From the NCBI GenBank assembly GCA_018649625.1, contig JABIHN010000040.1, positions 3,189 through 67,188 on the forward strand: 64,000 bases of DNA. The letters are read 5' to 3'. Of this stretch, positions 47,056-57,906 are shown piece by piece; within the stretch, counting starts at the first letter, position 1, and each line of letters opens with the position of its first letter. Position numbers and translations under genes: made by a program. The stretch comes from Fidelibacterota bacterium. Its GTDB lineage: Bacteria; Fidelibacterota; Marinisomatia; Marinisomatales; UBA1611. The notes beneath the pieces are model-generated. The model saw nothing but the letters and a program-made list of their open reading frames with translations. It was not told the DNA's origin and did not search any database.

Positions 47056-48299
47056 TATAAATTTGCTTTTCCGCTTGTATTTCTTAACAATACTAAATAT
47101 AAAAAAAATGCAGCAAAAATGGCTGATGCTAAAAGAATTGCAAAAACGGTTCCTGCACCGGATGAGTCTAAAATAGACCCTAATAATAATTCTTGAACAA
47201 CGGATCCAATTGCACCCAATCCATTAATTATTCCGGCAGCTAAAGCTGCACTACGTAAGGTGCCGACTTCAATAGCACCCGCTCCAGTCATGAGTGCATC
47301 CGGACCGTATAATGTGAAGCCGACCAGAGCTAAACTGATACCGAAATAAATCAAGCTGGTTGGTCCAAGCATATAAAGAAGTGCTGTGGACCCTGCCATA
47401 CCTATTATAAAGTAAAAACTGATTTTCGCGCGACGACCAGAAAAATATTTATCTGAAATATATCCAGCTGCAATTACACCGAAGGCACCGGCTAAGTCAA
47501 ATGCTGTTGAAAGATAACCGGCATCATCCAATGCAAGTCCATAATCACGATATAAAAGGAATGGTGTCCAAGACCAAAGGGCATATCGAATAAATTTCAC
47601 AAAAAAATAAAAACCGCCTACTAAGAGAATATTCGTCCAAACTTCAGAACTCCAACCGATTCCAAATTTATTATTATTCGGGCGTTCATCGTCAATTTGA
47701 TCAATTGCTTGGAGTCCAACATCTTCGGGCTTATTTCGCTGATTGAACAAAAAGAAGATCCAAATACCTAATAAAACAATTGAACCAGCCCAGAAAGACC
47801 ATTGAATACCATATTTCGCTAATGCCCAAGCTGAAAGAGCGCTAGCTAAAACACCACCAATTTGATAATTCGTGGCCCAAAACCCCATAACAGTTCCACG
47901 CTCTTTACGTGTAAACCATGGTGCCATGGCTGCTACATTATTGGACCAACCAGTAGATTGGGCAAAACCGTTTATCACCATTAATAGTGTAAATGTTATC
48001 CAAGAATTTGTAATGCCAAACATGAAATTCACGATAACTGAAAGCGCCATTCCACTTAATAATAATATTCGCGGTCCCCATTTTGTCCCGGACCATCCCA
48101 TTATGAATTGACCAATGGTATAGGCTATAAGATAGGCTGTTCCAATAATTCCCAATAATGATGGATCCCAAGATAGTTCTTCTGCCAATGCTGGTTTGGC
48201 AATAAAAAAAGGTTTTCTACAAAAATAGAATCCTGCATAAGAGAGCCAAGTCGATGCGAAAATTCGATAACGCCAATTTGTTTGTGGATGCTCTTTCAA
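47055..48299 (-). CDS. MFS transporter, organophosphate:Pi antiporter (GlpT/UhpC-like) family
   Basis: The N-terminus WRYRIFASTWLSYAGFYFCRKPF..AKPAL resembles GlpT (W.IF...F.GYAAYYLVRKNFALAMP). 12-TM-like hydrophobicity; 414 aa. Confidence 0.75.
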   Translation of the reverse strand: MKEHPQTNWRYRIFASTWLSYAGFYFCRKPFFIAKPALAEELSWDPSLLGIIGTAYLIAYTIGQFIMGWSGTKWGPRILLLSGMALSVIVNFMFGITNSWITFTLLMVINGFAQSTGWSNNVAAMAPWFTRKERGTVMGFWATNYQIGGVLASALSAWALAKYGIQWSFWAGSIVLLGIWIFFLFNQRNKPEDVGLQAIDQIDDERPNNNKFGIGWSSEVWTNILLVGGFYFFVKFIRYALWSWTPFLLYRDYGLALDDAGYLSTAFDLAGAFGVIAAGYISDKYFSGRRAKISFYFIIGMAGSTALLYMLGPTSLIYFGISLALVGFTLYGPDALMTGAGAIEVGTLRSAALAAGIINGLGAIGSVVQELLLGSILDSSGAGTVFAILLASAIFAAFFLYLVLLRNTSGKANL

Positions 48300-48435
48300 T
48301 ATATTAGTACTCTAAAGATAAAAACATTTGTAAATGTATTAATAGAAAATATGGAATAAAACGTTGAGTTGCTGTAAAAAAAATAATTAATATATTTCTT
48401 CAAAGTATTTCATTCCCTATTTTTCAGATTCTTTT

Positions 48436-49065
48436 ATGGACAGAAAATCAATCACATTTATCATTTGGACTTCTGTATTATCAATTTCTTATGCGATAAT
48501 TAGATATCACTTATTTAAGGGATTAAATTTTTCATTTTTTATGATTGTTTTTAATAAAGGGATTTCTCTTGCCGGAATCTTACTGCTTTCATCAGCATTT
48601 GTAGTTGGCCCTTTAGCAAGAAAATTCCCGGATATATTTAAACAATTTTTATCTGGAAAACGGTTTTTTGGAATTTGGGGATTTGGTTTAGTTTTTGCTC
48701 ATTCAGTAATTTCTTTTTTCTTTTTAAGTCCCACTTCATTTTCCATTTTTTTTACTTTAAATAAATTAAATTTGGTAGGAAATTTTATTTTAATAAGTGG
48801 AATTTTATCTTTATTATTAATTGGGTTTGCATTTGCAACATCCTTCCCTAAACTCTTGAAATTCAAATCTAAAATATTTTTTTTATCATTAAACGCTAGC
48901 TATATTGGACTTATAATTGGGGGAATTCATGTGTTACCCATTGGCATAAAAGGGTGGACAGAACCTAATTCATGGCCTGGTTTTTTATTTCCAATAACAC
49001 TTATTTCTTTTTTGGCAGTTCTATTTACTATTTATTGTCGAACTGTATTAAATTCAATTAAATAA
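48436..49065 (+). CDS. Hypothetical integral membrane protein (about 6 TM)
   Basis: 209-aa hydrophobic ORF, 11 nt upstream of the phosphoesterase gene. No family assigned. Confidence 0.5.
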   Translation: MDRKSITFIIWTSVLSISYAIIRYHLFKGLNFSFFMIVFNKGISLAGILLLSSAFVVGPLARKFPDIFKQFLSGKRFFGIWGFGLVFAHSVISFFFLSPTSFSIFFTLNKLNLVGNFILISGILSLLLIGFAFATSFPKLLKFKSKIFFLSLNASYIGLIIGGIHVLPIGIKGWTEPNSWPGFLFPITLISFLAVLFTIYCRTVLNSIK

Positions 49066-49076
49066 AAGGCAGAATA

Positions 49077-51422
49077 ATGAAACGATTTTTATTTTTTATT
49101 TTATATTTTTCCATTGTGTTATGTCAAGGATTCCCTGAATGGGCATTAGAACAACCCATGGAAACCCATCCCATAATGGAGTTGACCGATTGGGAAATTT
49201 TTGATGGTGAAGTTGAACTTGAAAAAGCCAATAATTTTAAAGATAATAACGGGTGGGATGCTTGGACACTCAATACAAAATGGTGGTCTAGATTAGATTT
49301 AAAAGATGAGTTTAAAGTAAAATGGTGGCGCAGAACTGTTTCAATTCCAAAATCATTTAAAGGAAAGGATGTTTTTCTAGAATTAAATGTAGATGATCGT
49401 GGGACAGTTTATTATAATGGTGAAAAATTGATGGATGTATCTCAGAAATCCGGAAAAATTTTGATCATTAAAAACGCAAAGGGAAATGAAACCTTTTCAT
49501 TGGTTGTCCGTGGTCAACATACAGGTTATTATGGCCAGTTTTATCATGCAGACCTTCTGGCTTATCCTCGTGGCTATGCTGAGTTTTATAAAGCATTTCA
49601 AAATATTCAAATTTTAAAACCATCTTCAAATGGTATTTCCATCACACAAGCAAAATGGAAAATGATGGCTACAGATACTGCTAGTCAACCCAGTTTTGAT
49701 GATTCAAAATGGGAATTCAGGAATATTTCAGGGTCATGGAAAGGGGAGTATAAGCATGTCTGGTACCGAATGAATTTTGTAATTCCTGATATTATTGATA
49801 ATGTTGAAGTTATTAATAGTCGATTATTTATCAATGCTTATACAAATGATAAAGGTGAAATTTGGTATAAAGGCGAAAAACTTCATGAATTTAGAGATAG
49901 TTCTGGAAATGTATTATTTGAAGTGAATGGCAGGCCTGGTGAAACGGTGTCTTTTGCTATTAAAGCCATTAATGAAAGAAATGTAGGTGAATTAAGATAT
50001 GTTAGGATTGTTTCGGGAGAAGCAATCAAATTAACAGAATTATTTAATGCGATGACAAAAAAACTTGAAAGATGGGATCGGTATTTTCAAAGGCACCCCA
50101 GCCCAAATACAAAATGGTTATCAGAAGCAACGCAAATTTTGAAAACCACCGTTCAATCTGATCATATACTTGAGGTTAAGTTGAGTCAATTAGAAATAAA
50201 GATGAATTCATTAAATAAACAATTGATTTCCCAACCTACTTTTGTTGTTCCACCATATTTACAAAATGTTCAAGATGATGGGATTACTATTATGTGGGAG
50301 ACAGCTCTTCCTTCTTTGGGGGCGGTTATTTTTGGTGAAACCGAAATTAATCAAGTTATACATGGACAATATTCTCCATCCACAATTCATGAAATTACGT
50401 TAGTGGGTTTGGATAAAAATACGCATTATAATTACAGAGCTATTTCAGGTGAAATGGCAAGTCCAAAACAAAAATTTAGGACAAAAAAACTGGATGATGC
50501 GCCATTTTCATTTTCTGTATATGGAGACAATAGAAGTTATCCAAAAGTCGCCGAAAATGTAGTGAAAATGATGACACGAGAAAATATTGATTTCATTTGC
50601 AGTGTTGGCGATGTGGTTACACGTGGAATTAATTTATCTGAATGGGTGGATGAATATTTGTATCCTTTACGTTGGATTGGTGGACAAATCCCGTCATATA
50701 TTTCAATTGGTAATCATGAATATGGAGGTTATTGGGCATTGGGTGAGGTTTATCCGTTTGAACAACGTGTGAATCATCCTACTACATCCACAGGGAGTAC
50801 CGAATATTGGTATTCATTTGATTATGGAAATGCTCATTTTGTTTTCATTGATCCCAATAAAGGAGATGGTCCAAAAGGTCATAGAATTCCCCCAGGAAGC
50901 CAACAATATGAATGGTTGAAAAATGATTTAGAAGCTGCGCGAAAAACGGCTAAATGGACATTTGTCTTTTTTCATCAGCCTCCATATTCTGAATGTTGGT
51001 CAGGTGGGTATTATGACGGTGAATATTATCTTCGAAAAGAAATTGTACCGTTGATGGAGCTTAATGGAGTTGATATTGTTTTTAGTGGACATACGCACGA
51101 TTATGAAAGAGGCCTTCCTCATCCGCCTTATGACCCAGAAACGGGTTCAGGAAATAATGCGGCTTATATTGTAACGGGCGGTGCCGGTTCATTTTTAGAT
51201 AATCATAAATATAAAGAATGGGAACAAATTGACATACCAGATCACCCGGCTCGTCCTGAGAGTAATGAATCGGATGAAGGCAAATATTATGAATATCATT
51301 ATATTGTGATTGATATTGATGGTGATGAATTAAAAGTTACTACACAAAAAATGAATGGCGATGGGTCTTATGGTGGAGTTATGGACTCTTTTGAATTGCA
51401 TTATAACACATCAAATAAATAG
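49077..51422 (+). CDS. Secreted metallophosphoesterase (purple-acid-phosphatase-like) with two N-terminal galactose-binding-like domains
   Basis: PAP N-domain [17 protein letters not shown]. Metallophosphoesterase motifs [37 protein letters not shown]. Confidence 0.8.
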   Translation: MKRFLFFILYFSIVLCQGFPEWALEQPMETHPIMELTDWEIFDGEVELEKANNFKDNNGWDAWTLNTKWWSRLDLKDEFKVKWWRRTVSIPKSFKGKDVFLELNVDDRGTVYYNGEKLMDVSQKSGKILIIKNAKGNETFSLVVRGQHTGYYGQFYHADLLAYPRGYAEFYKAFQNIQILKPSSNGISITQAKWKMMATDTASQPSFDDSKWEFRNISGSWKGEYKHVWYRMNFVIPDIIDNVEVINSRLFINAYTNDKGEIWYKGEKLHEFRDSSGNVLFEVNGRPGETVSFAIKAINERNVGELRYVRIVSGEAIKLTELFNAMTKKLERWDRYFQRHPSPNTKWLSEATQILKTTVQSDHILEVKLSQLEIKMNSLNKQLISQPTFVVPPYLQNVQDDGITIMWETALPSLGAVIFGETEINQVIHGQYSPSTIHEITLVGLDKNTHYNYRAISGEMASPKQKFRTKKLDDAPFSFSVYGDNRSYPKVAENVVKMMTRENIDFICSVGDVVTRGINLSEWVDEYLYPLRWIGGQIPSYISIGNHEYGGYWALGEVYPFEQRVNHPTTSTGSTEYWYSFDYGNAHFVFIDPNKGDGPKGHRIPPGSQQYEWLKNDLEAARKTAKWTFVFFHQPPYSECWSGGYYDGEYYLRKEIVPLMELNGVDIVFSGHTHDYERGLPHPPYDPETGSGNNAAYIVTGGAGSFLDNHKYKEWEQIDIPDHPARPESNESDEGKYYEYHYIVIDIDGDELKVTTQKMNGDGSYGGVMDSFELHYNTSNK

Positions 51423-51437
51423 AAGTAAGTTGGATTA

Positions 51438-52616
51438 ATGAAATTAAGTAGAAAATTGAAAATGGGGTTAATTGGTGGTGGCCCAGATGCATTTATTGGA
51501 GATATTCATCGAAAAGCCGCTATTCTTGATGGGGGAGTTGAATTAGTCTCCGGTACCTTTAGCCGGGATATTAAAAAATCAGGATTAGCTGGAGAATGTT
51601 ATTATATAGACCAGGATCGTGTGTTTAATGATTATAAAGACATGATTCAATATGAAATATCTTTGTCTAAAAAAGACCGGATTGATTTTGTTGCGATTAC
51701 TACACCCAATAATTCTCACTATCAAATTGCTATGGATTTTTTAGATGCCGGATTTAATGTTATGTGTGAAAAGCCCATGACATTTAATGCAAAAGAAGCA
51801 ATCTCTTTGCGAGCAATGGTTAATGAAACAGGATTGGTATTTGGATTGATGCATAATTATTCTGGCTATCCCATGGTGAAACTTGCCCGTGATTTGGTGA
51901 GAAAAAATGAGTTGGGGAATATACGGAAAATTGTAGTTCAGTATCCGCAAGGCTGGCTTGCAACTCCTTTGGAAGAAACAGGTCACGTCCAGGCTGGATG
52001 GAGAACAGACCCATCTAAAAGTGGTGGAGCGGGAAGCATAGGAGACATAGGAACTCATGCGGAAAATTTATCCAATTATATTACAGGATTGGAAATAACT
52101 CATGTTTGTGCAGATTTATCTATAATGGTGGAAGGCCGGCAATTGGATGATGATGGGAATTGCTTATTGATATTTGACAATGGTGCAAAAGGTCTTATTC
52201 ATATAAGTCAAATTGCTTGTGGTGAAGAAAATAATTTGGCCATCTGGATTTATGGCGAAAAGAAAAGTTTAGAATGGCATCAGGAAAATCCAAATGAGCT
52301 CATTATTTTAGATGGTGATGGCCCAAACCAACTATGGCGCAGGGGAAATGAATATGTGGCCAAAGTGAGCCCAGCTGCAGCACGAGCTACACGGCTACCA
52401 TCGGGGCATCCAGAAGGGTTTTTGGAAGGATTTGCGAATATCTATGTGAATTTCACCGATACGATTCGTGCTCGATATTTAAATGAAAAACCATCAAAAG
52501 AAATGCTCGATTTTCCGAATGTGGATGATGGTCTTCGGGGAATGCTTTTTATTGATACTGTACTAAAAAGTACAAAGAGCGATCGGAAATGGACCAAAAT
52601 TGTAACGCATAATTAA
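51438..52616 (+). CDS. Gfo/Idh/MocA-family oxidoreductase (cytoplasmic)
   Basis: Rossmann motif MGLIGGGPDAFIG; MCEKPM motif; no signal peptide. Confidence 0.85.
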   Translation: MKLSRKLKMGLIGGGPDAFIGDIHRKAAILDGGVELVSGTFSRDIKKSGLAGECYYIDQDRVFNDYKDMIQYEISLSKKDRIDFVAITTPNNSHYQIAMDFLDAGFNVMCEKPMTFNAKEAISLRAMVNETGLVFGLMHNYSGYPMVKLARDLVRKNELGNIRKIVVQYPQGWLATPLEETGHVQAGWRTDPSKSGGAGSIGDIGTHAENLSNYITGLEITHVCADLSIMVEGRQLDDDGNCLLIFDNGAKGLIHISQIACGEENNLAIWIYGEKKSLEWHQENPNELIILDGDGPNQLWRRGNEYVAKVSPAAARATRLPSGHPEGFLEGFANIYVNFTDTIRARYLNEKPSKEMLDFPNVDDGLRGMLFIDTVLKSTKSDRKWTKIVTHN

Positions 52617-52628
52617 AAGGATACATTC

Positions 52629-53618
52629 ATGTCAAGACCAATAACACTTTTTACCGGGCAATGGGCGGATTTACCTATCGATGTTCTTGCTGAAAAAGCT
52701 GCATCATGGGGATATGAAGGGCTTGAGCTTGCTTGTTGGGGGGATCATCTAGATGTAAATAGAGCAGCTGTTGATTTGGACTATTGTGAAGTACATCTTG
52801 CGAAACTGGAAAAACATAATTTAAAAGTACATGCCATTAGCAATCATTTAGCTGGACAGCTTGTTTGCGATTTAAATGATGCCCGTTCCAATTCATTTGC
52901 ACCGGATGAATGTGCCGGCGATCCGGAGAAGAAAAGAGCTTGGGGCGTAGAGCAAATGAAATTATCAGCCCAAGCTGCAAAAAACTTAGGAATTGATGTT
53001 GTAAACGGGTTTACGGGTTCTTCTATTTGGCATTATTTTTATAGTTTTCCATCGGTTACTCAAAAAACATTGGATGAAGGTTATGAATATTTTGCGAAAA
53101 TGTGGAATCCCATTTTAGATGTTTTTGACGAGTGTGGAGTTAAGTTTGCTTTAGAAGTACATCCAACAGAAATTGCATTTGATATTGTAACAGCTGAGCG
53201 TGCAATTCAAGCTGTAAATGGACGAAAGGCATTTGGGTTTAATTTTGACCCAAGTCATCTTCATTGGCAAATGGTGGATCCGGTTAGATTTATTTACGAA
53301 TTCAAAGATAGGATTTATCATTGTCATATGAAAGATGCTGCATTTCAATTAGATGGGCGAACGGGTATTCTTGGATCTCATTTAGACTTTGGTGATTCCC
53401 AGCGTGGTTGGGATTTTAGATCCCTGGGACGTGGTGATATTGATTTTGAAGAAATTATCCGCGCGTTCAACCATATTGAATACAATGGTCCATTATCGGT
53501 AGAATGGGAAGATATGGGCATGGAACGGGAACAAGGCGCAGAAGAAGCATGTAATTTCGTGCGTCAATTGGATTTTAAACGGTCAGGCAGAGCATTTGAT
53601 TCTGCCTTTGAAGAATAG
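52629..53618 (+). CDS. Xylose-isomerase-like TIM-barrel protein (sugar phosphate isomerase/epimerase family)
   Basis: Pattern GYEGLELACWGDH..; LEVHPTE; NFDPSHL.WQ; HCHMKD; SVEWED. AAAGGA SD upstream. Confidence 0.85.
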   Translation: MSRPITLFTGQWADLPIDVLAEKAASWGYEGLELACWGDHLDVNRAAVDLDYCEVHLAKLEKHNLKVHAISNHLAGQLVCDLNDARSNSFAPDECAGDPEKKRAWGVEQMKLSAQAAKNLGIDVVNGFTGSSIWHYFYSFPSVTQKTLDEGYEYFAKMWNPILDVFDECGVKFALEVHPTEIAFDIVTAERAIQAVNGRKAFGFNFDPSHLHWQMVDPVRFIYEFKDRIYHCHMKDAAFQLDGRTGILGSHLDFGDSQRGWDFRSLGRGDIDFEEIIRAFNHIEYNGPLSVEWEDMGMEREQGAEEACNFVRQLDFKRSGRAFDSAFEE

Positions 53619-53627
53619 GATTATTAA

Positions 53628-55181
53628 ATGAACTCAAATCAAAAAATAAATTCAAAGTGGCTTTTTAAAGCCAGTTTTATTGCGCTGATTGCAACATCAT
53701 TTGCATTTGTAACTCGTTTTGCTGTGTTGGCAGATTGGGGGCGGCAATTCAATTTGAGTAGCACACAGATGGGTGAAATTGGCGGTGCAGGTGTGTGGCC
53801 ATTTGCTATTAGCATTATTTTATTTAGTCTTGTGATTGATAAAATCGGTTATGGCACGGCCATGGTGTTTGCCTTCGTCTGTCATATAACTTATGGATTG
53901 ATGGCAGTTTTTTGGGCGCCCAACGCAAATCCTGAGCAAGCATATACCATATTATTTTGGGCCAGTGTGATTTTGGCACTTGGGAACGGAACGGTAGAAG
54001 CAGTAATTAACCCTGTGGTTGCTACTATGTTCGATCGTGATAAAACCAAATGGTTGAATATTTTACATGCGGGATGGCCTGCGGGTCTCGTTGGTGCAGG
54101 TCTTATGACTATGGCCATGGGTGGTGCAGATTGGCGTTATAAAGTGGGACTTATTTTTATTCCTGCTGTTATTTATGGTGTTATGATGTTTAAACAAAAA
54201 TGGCCAGTTCAAGAGCGTGTGGCCGCTGGCGTTTCCTACATGGATATGTTGAGAGAATTTGGATTATTGGCGTCATTATTGGTAATTCCGATTATAATTC
54301 GTCAGATTGCTGTTGTGTTTGGTTTAGCTCTTTCAACAGAAATTCTTTTGGATATTGTTTTATTTTTAGCTTTTGGCTATACCATTTGGCCTAAAAGTGA
54401 ATCAATTAAAGGATCCAAATTATCTATTGTATTAGGTAGTCCCATGCTTTTCATTTTAATGCTCATAATGATGCCATTAGCAACAACAGAAATTGGAACG
54501 GATGGTTGGATTACAGCTTTAATGGAAAAAGCTATGGGTGATATTGGATTGCCTGCTGTTACGGTATTGGTTTATACATCAGCTATCATGATGGTTCTTC
54601 GATTTTATGCCGGACCTATTATCCATAGATTTAAACCTTTAGGGTTATTAACTATTAGCGCAGCAATTGCTGCCATTGGTCTTCTGCTTTTATCTCAAAG
54701 TACGGGGATAATGATTTTAGTTGTCGCAACACTTTATGCTTTGGGTAAATCCTTTCTTTGGCCAACTATGTTAGGTGTGGTGTCTGAACAATCACCAAAA
54801 GGGGGTGCATTAACATTAAATGCTATAGGCGGAATGGGAATGTTAGCTGTAGGTGTACTTGGTTTCCCATTTATTGGGATGTTGCAGGATAACGCATCTT
54901 CCGAATTATTACAGAAAAAAAATCAAGCTATTTATGAACAAGTTGTAGTAGAAAAAGATGGTGTATTGGGTGAATACAGTGCAATTGACTTGGATAAGGC
55001 GAATAAATTATCTGATGAAGAACAAGCAACTATTTCTAATGTTACGGAAGACGCTCGTCATGGAGCTTTGGCCTATATGGCGATTTTCCCATTCATTATG
55101 TTGTTGAGTTATGTGGGTCTCAACTTCTATTTTAAAAGTCGTGGTGGGTACGAACAAAAAATATTGGCATCATCAGATTAA
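53628..55181 (+). CDS. MFS-type transporter (substrate unknown)
   Basis: 517 aa with about 12 hydrophobic helices. Follows the GFO/TIM pair and precedes the AGE epimerase. Confidence 0.7.
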   Translation: MNSNQKINSKWLFKASFIALIATSFAFVTRFAVLADWGRQFNLSSTQMGEIGGAGVWPFAISIILFSLVIDKIGYGTAMVFAFVCHITYGLMAVFWAPNANPEQAYTILFWASVILALGNGTVEAVINPVVATMFDRDKTKWLNILHAGWPAGLVGAGLMTMAMGGADWRYKVGLIFIPAVIYGVMMFKQKWPVQERVAAGVSYMDMLREFGLLASLLVIPIIIRQIAVVFGLALSTEILLDIVLFLAFGYTIWPKSESIKGSKLSIVLGSPMLFILMLIMMPLATTEIGTDGWITALMEKAMGDIGLPAVTVLVYTSAIMMVLRFYAGPIIHRFKPLGLLTISAAIAAIGLLLLSQSTGIMILVVATLYALGKSFLWPTMLGVVSEQSPKGGALTLNAIGGMGMLAVGVLGFPFIGMLQDNASSELLQKKNQAIYEQVVVEKDGVLGEYSAIDLDKANKLSDEEQATISNVTEDARHGALAYMAIFPFIMLLSYVGLNFYFKSRGGYEQKILASSD

Positions 55182-55199
55182 TACAATTTAGATCATACT

Positions 55200-56480
55200 T
55201 TGAAATCCTATTTAGAAAAAACTGAAAATTATTTACAAAATCATTTGATTCCCTTTTGGGCGGATCGAGTCGTGGATAAACAATTTGGTGGATTTCAAAC
55301 AAACTTTGATCGGGATGGAAAACCAACTTCTGTTACTGAAAAATCCTTTTTAGCTCAAGGACGAAGCTTATTTACCATTTCACATGCCATCCGATGTGGA
55401 TATGATTGGCCAAATGGGAAGCAAGTATTGGAGCAAGGTGTTGATTTTTTATTTAAGCATTACATAGATAAAGAGAATGATGGTTATTATTGGATTGTAG
55501 ATGAAGGTGGGTCAGTTTTAGATGATAATAAAATTATTTATGGTCATGCATTTTTGATTTATGGATTATCAGAATATTCATTATTAACAGGCGATGAATC
55601 TGCAAAAAATGAAGCCATTCGATTATTTGATTTTTTACAAAATCGAATAAAAGACAATGAATATGGCGGTTATTTTGAACATTTTAATCGAACATTTGAG
55701 CCGATAAAAGCACGGAATGATATTGGTGTCTTTAAATCATTAGATGTCCATATGCATCTCATGGAAGCATTCACAACATTGGTAGAATTGACAGGTGATG
55801 ATTCTCATAAAAAAGCATTAAATGAAATAAACCAATTGATTTTTGATAAAATGATTCATCCAGACACTGGGACAGGCATATCTATGTTTACACAAGATTG
55901 GACTCCTATCGCTAATGTTGAATTGGATACAGTTTGGGGTGCAGATCGATTTGATGAAGACGGGAAATCCACATCCATCACATCCTATGGACATAATATT
56001 GAATTTGCGTGGTTATATTTATTGTCACAGGATGCCTTAAACATACCCCGAAACCAAAGTTTTATTGAAATGACTAAAATATATGAGCATACATATTATA
56101 ATGGTATTGATTGGGCAAATGGTGGATTATATGTGGAAGGCGAACGAGAAGGTGATGTGACTGAAACCAATAAAGAATTTTGGCAACAGGCGGAAGGTAT
56201 GGTTGGGTTTTTAGATGCTTATTTACTAACCAAAGATGAGAAATATTTAGATGCCTTCAAAAATTTGCATGATTTTGTTTTTACGAAAATGATTAACTGG
56301 GATGTAGGTGAATGGTTTGCTCTTTTGGATAAAAAAGGGGATGTTACATGGGATTATATGGGAACCAGTTGGAAAACATTATACCACACCGTTCGTGGAA
56401 TGTGCGAAACGGCCAATCGTCTTAAACGAATAATTGAAGAATCTGAAACAACGCCATTAAAATCAATGGTAACACCATAG
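55200..56480 (+). CDS. N-acylglucosamine 2-epimerase (AGE) superfamily protein (AGE / cellobiose 2-epimerase / aldose-ketose isomerase type)
   Basis: TTG start at 55200. Motifs FWADR..D...GGFQTNFDRDG, YGHAFLIYGLSEY, HNIEFAWLYL, FWQQAEGMVGFLDAY. Confidence 0.8.
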   Translation: MKSYLEKTENYLQNHLIPFWADRVVDKQFGGFQTNFDRDGKPTSVTEKSFLAQGRSLFTISHAIRCGYDWPNGKQVLEQGVDFLFKHYIDKENDGYYWIVDEGGSVLDDNKIIYGHAFLIYGLSEYSLLTGDESAKNEAIRLFDFLQNRIKDNEYGGYFEHFNRTFEPIKARNDIGVFKSLDVHMHLMEAFTTLVELTGDDSHKKALNEINQLIFDKMIHPDTGTGISMFTQDWTPIANVELDTVWGADRFDEDGKSTSITSYGHNIEFAWLYLLSQDALNIPRNQSFIEMTKIYEHTYYNGIDWANGGLYVEGEREGDVTETNKEFWQQAEGMVGFLDAYLLTKDEKYLDAFKNLHDFVFTKMINWDVGEWFALLDKKGDVTWDYMGTSWKTLYHTVRGMCETANRLKRIIEESETTPLKSMVTP

Positions 56481-56488
56481 GAGCCAGT

Positions 56489-57886
56489 ATGAAAGAGTCT
56501 GTTAAAAAAGAAACAAATAAAACGATTTCAAGGAGAGATTTTATTGCAAAATCTTCGGTAGCTGCTGCTGCTTTCATGATTGTACCTCGTCATGTATTGG
56601 GCGGTGTTGGTTATACTTCACCAAGTGATAAATTAAATATTGCGGCTATTGGGGTAGGTGGAAAAGGAAGATCTGATATTGCAGGTGTTGCCACAGAAAA
56701 TATTGTAGCGCTCTGTGATGTAGATGATGTGAATATGTTTAAAACTATTGATAAAGCAGGTGAATGGGCAGCCGAAAATGGACTTTCGGAAAACCCTTTA
56801 GCAAAGGTGCCAAGATACAAAGATTTTCGAGTTATGTTGGATAAGCAAAAAGATATAGATGCAGTTACAGTGAGTACCCCAGATCACTTCCATGCTGTTG
56901 CAGCCATAACGGCCATTAAACAAGGGAAACATGCTTTTGTGCAAAAACCACTTACACATTCTGTGGATGAAGCGCGAAAATTAAGTGTCGCCGCTAAAAA
57001 GGCTGGCGTAGTGACTCAAATGGGAAACCAAGGTCATGCGGGAGAAGGTATTAGGTTAATCAGTGAATGGCTTGAAGACGGTGCCATCGGTGATGTTCGT
57101 GAAGTGCATTGTTGGACAAACCGCCCCGTATGGGAAACAGGTATGCCTCGTCCTTCGACAATTCCATCTGTACCACCTACGTTGGATTGGAATCAGTGGA
57201 TCGGGCCAGCGCCTTACAGACCTTATCACCCAGATTATGCGCCATGGAGTTGGCGTGCATGGTGTGATTTCGGAACCGGTGCATTGGGTGATATGGGTGC
57301 GCATATTTTTGACATTCCTTACCATACATTAAAAATGGATCATCCTACTTCTGTTTTTGCCAGTTCATCCAAATTCAATGGAGAATCTTGGCCGGTGGCA
57401 TCCACTATTTATTATGAATTTCCACAACGGGGAAAACTTCCACCTGTCAAATTGACTTGGTTCGATGGGGGCATTATGCCACCAAGGCCAGAAGGAATCG
57501 AACCGGGAAGACGGATGGGCGATGGTGATGGCGGAATTATGTTTTATGGTGATAAAGGAATGATTATGTGTGGCTGTTATGGAAGACAACCAAGACTGAT
57601 TCCAGAAACAAGTATGAAGGCGTATAAACGACCTGCTAAAACATTGAAACGATCACCTGGAATTCATCAAGAGTGGGTGCAAGCTATCAAAGATGGTACC
57701 GATGGTACTTCCAACTTTGAATATGCAGCTATGTTGACCAGCACGATGTTATTGGGAAATGTAGCTATTCGAATGGCGCCACGAAGTACCAAATTAGAAT
57801 GGGATGGCAAAGAAGGTAAATTCACAAATATGGATGAAGCGAATGAATATCTTGGTCGTAAATATAGAGATGGCTGGAGTCTGTAA
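56489..57886 (+). CDS. Tat-exported Gfo/Idh/MocA-family oxidoreductase (paralog of 60054-61394)
   Basis: Tat signal ISRRDFIAKSSVAAAAFMIVP; motifs IAAIGVGGKG, VSTPDHFH, VQKPLTH, MGNQGHAGEG; AGGAG SD upstream. Confidence 0.85.
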   Translation: MKESVKKETNKTISRRDFIAKSSVAAAAFMIVPRHVLGGVGYTSPSDKLNIAAIGVGGKGRSDIAGVATENIVALCDVDDVNMFKTIDKAGEWAAENGLSENPLAKVPRYKDFRVMLDKQKDIDAVTVSTPDHFHAVAAITAIKQGKHAFVQKPLTHSVDEARKLSVAAKKAGVVTQMGNQGHAGEGIRLISEWLEDGAIGDVREVHCWTNRPVWETGMPRPSTIPSVPPTLDWNQWIGPAPYRPYHPDYAPWSWRAWCDFGTGALGDMGAHIFDIPYHTLKMDHPTSVFASSSKFNGESWPVASTIYYEFPQRGKLPPVKLTWFDGGIMPPRPEGIEPGRRMGDGDGGIMFYGDKGMIMCGCYGRQPRLIPETSMKAYKRPAKTLKRSPGIHQEWVQAIKDGTDGTSNFEYAAMLTSTMLLGNVAIRMAPRSTKLEWDGKEGKFTNMDEANEYLGRKYRDGWSL

Positions 57887-57906
57887 ATTATTATTAGGAG
57901 ATAATT

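Noticed and set aside
42706-48299. Phosphonate (2-AEP / phosphonoacetaldehyde) catabolic operon.
   Set aside because: No PhnW-type aminotransferase and no PhnA or PhnX signature is recognisable. The HAD motif I is FDLWDT rather than a PhnX-like context. ALDH and Fe-ADH families are too broad to support the call.
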